Assembly (NCBI GenBank): GCA_018238625.1
Contig: JABCSY010000079.1
Coordinates: forward strand, 1 to 18,730
Origin: Promethearchaeota archaeon
GTDB taxonomy: Archaea > Asgardarchaeota > Lokiarchaeia > Sigyniarchaeales > SOKP01
DNA length: 18,730 bases
Reading direction: 5' to 3'
Numbering within the stretch: the stretch's first letter is position 1; the number at the start of each line of letters is the position of its first letter. Made by a program: the position numbers and the translations under genes. Positions 17,708 to 18,730 of this stretch are shown here, piece by piece. The notes under the pieces were generated by a model. That model saw nothing but the letters and a program-made list of their open reading frames with translations. It had not been told where the DNA came from and did not search any database.

Positions 17708-17818
17708 TTGAATGAGTTTATCGTTGAAGATTTTGATATTTTCAAATTATTTGAAGAATTTGAAGATTTGGTAATGTATTTACTAACTTTCGGAACACCT
17801 CAAGATGTTAAAAAATAA
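17708..17818 (+). CDS. Possible 36-aa acidic small ORF or gene remnant
   Basis: TTG...TAA: MNEFIVEDFDIFKLFEEFEDLVMYLLTFGTPQDVKK; below the ORF-track cut-off; no recognised family. Confidence 0.3.
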   Translation: MNEFIVEDFDIFKLFEEFEDLVMYLLTFGTPQDVKK

Positions 17819-17860
17819 GTAACAAAATTAATTTCAAAAGCAAGGCAGACAAACACGTCC

Positions 17861-18229
17861 TTGCTATTGAGCTCAACCCAACATATAGATGCTACCATTA
17901 AAACAGAAAAAATAAAGAAATTTAGAGATGAGAGGGACTGGATGCAATTTCACGATCCCAAAAATATGGCGGTTTCAATTATTCTTGAAGCCTCTGAGCT
18001 TCTAGAGCATTTTCAGTGGAAAACTACTGAAGAAGTAGAAAAATATGCAAGGGAAAATCAGGACGAAATTAAAGATGAGATAGCTGATATAGCGCTATAT
18101 CTTTTTGAATTAGCAGATAATTTGGGAATTAATTTATTGGAAGCCATGGGACAGAAATTGTCAAAAAATGCAAGTAAATATCCCGCAGAAAAAGCGCGTG
18201 GAAAACATACTAAATATAATAAATTATAA
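17861..18229 (+). CDS. MazG-like nucleotide pyrophosphohydrolase (DCTPP1/RS21-C6 type); 5' end uncertain
   Basis: FRDERDW.QFHDPKN....I..EASELLEHFQW, DEIAD, KL.KN..KYP, KY. Confidence 0.93.
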   Translation: MLLSSTQHIDATIKTEKIKKFRDERDWMQFHDPKNMAVSIILEASELLEHFQWKTTEEVEKYARENQDEIKDEIADIALYLFELADNLGINLLEAMGQKLSKNASKYPAEKARGKHTKYNKL

Positions 18230-18231
18230 AA

Positions 18232-18730
18232 ATGAGACTTTATTCAGGTAATTCACAACAGTTTATTCAAGATACAATTCAAAATCAAATTGCAGAGAAA
18301 TTAAAACTTGCCTTTTTTAATTATTTTAGATTTAATCCTTCCCCCGGAGAGATAAATTCCTGGAAGAATTCTCTACGAGCAATATCTCAAGTTTTCCAAC
18401 ATGCCAACCTTATTGATCACGGAGTAATCCTTGAATATCAATTACCCCTAACTTCTAGAAGATTAGATTGTATGATTTGCGGAAAAGATAGTAGAAAGAC
18501 CGACAACGCAGTTATCGTAGAACTCAAACAATGGGACAAATGTGAAGACGCTTATGGAGACAATGAAGTGTTAACTTGGGTTGGAGGGGCAAAAAGAGAA
18601 GTTTTGCATCCTTCAGTACAGGTTGGCCAATACCAAATGTACTTGCAGGATACACATACTGCTTTTCACACCGAGGACAATCCCATTACGCTAAATGCCT
18701 GTACCTACCTGCATAATTATAACTATTACT
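18232..18730 (+). CDS. DUF2075-type protein, N-terminal PD-(D/E)xK-like nuclease region (runs off the window)
   Basis: Manual translation from ATG 18232, open to window end: MRLYSGNSQQFIQDTIQNQIAEKL...EINSWKNSL...GVILEYQLPLTSRRLDCMICG...AVIVELKQW...HPSVQVGQY...CTYLHNY; starts 2 nt after the MazG stop. Confidence 0.85.
   Translation, partial: MRLYSGNSQQFIQDTIQNQIAEKLKLAFFNYFRFNPSPGEINSWKNSLRAISQVFQHANLIDHGVILEYQLPLTSRRLDCMICGKDSRKTDNAVIVELKQWDKCEDAYGDNEVLTWVGGAKREVLHPSVQVGQYQMYLQDTHTAFHTEDNPITLNACTYLHNYNYY

Noticed and set aside
1-18730. CRISPR array, tRNA or rRNA
   Set aside because: No regularly spaced repeats and no GC-rich structured RNA segment seen by eye; not verified with tRNAscan or Infernal

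Overview
AT-rich prokaryotic window that reads like an Asgard archaeon, probably Lokiarchaeia (inference: Rab-like GTPase without a prenylation tail, stand-alone Roadblock protein, zinc-ribbon membrane protein, poly-T terminators). The central ~6-17.6 kb is a metabolic mosaic: GH3 and GH4 glycosidases, M28 and M20 peptidases, a DUF362 Fe-S protein, a HAD-IIA phosphatase, a CTP-dependent lipid kinase and an ATC-hydrolase-like protein. The left part shows mobility and decay: a truncated bacterial-style TonB-receptor N-terminus, an intact-looking IS with ~24-bp imperfect terminal inverted repeats and an atypical DDE transposase, an acs 3' remnant, and a vapBC pair whose toxin has one in-frame TGA. 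The right edge starts a MazG-like pyrophosphatase + DUF2075-type nuclease(-helicase) locus, the best candidate for an uncharacterised defence system. The vapC and DUF2075 genes are absent from the ORF track and were translated by hand. No rRNA, tRNA or CRISPR array was seen. All family calls come from motif recognition by eye, not database searches.
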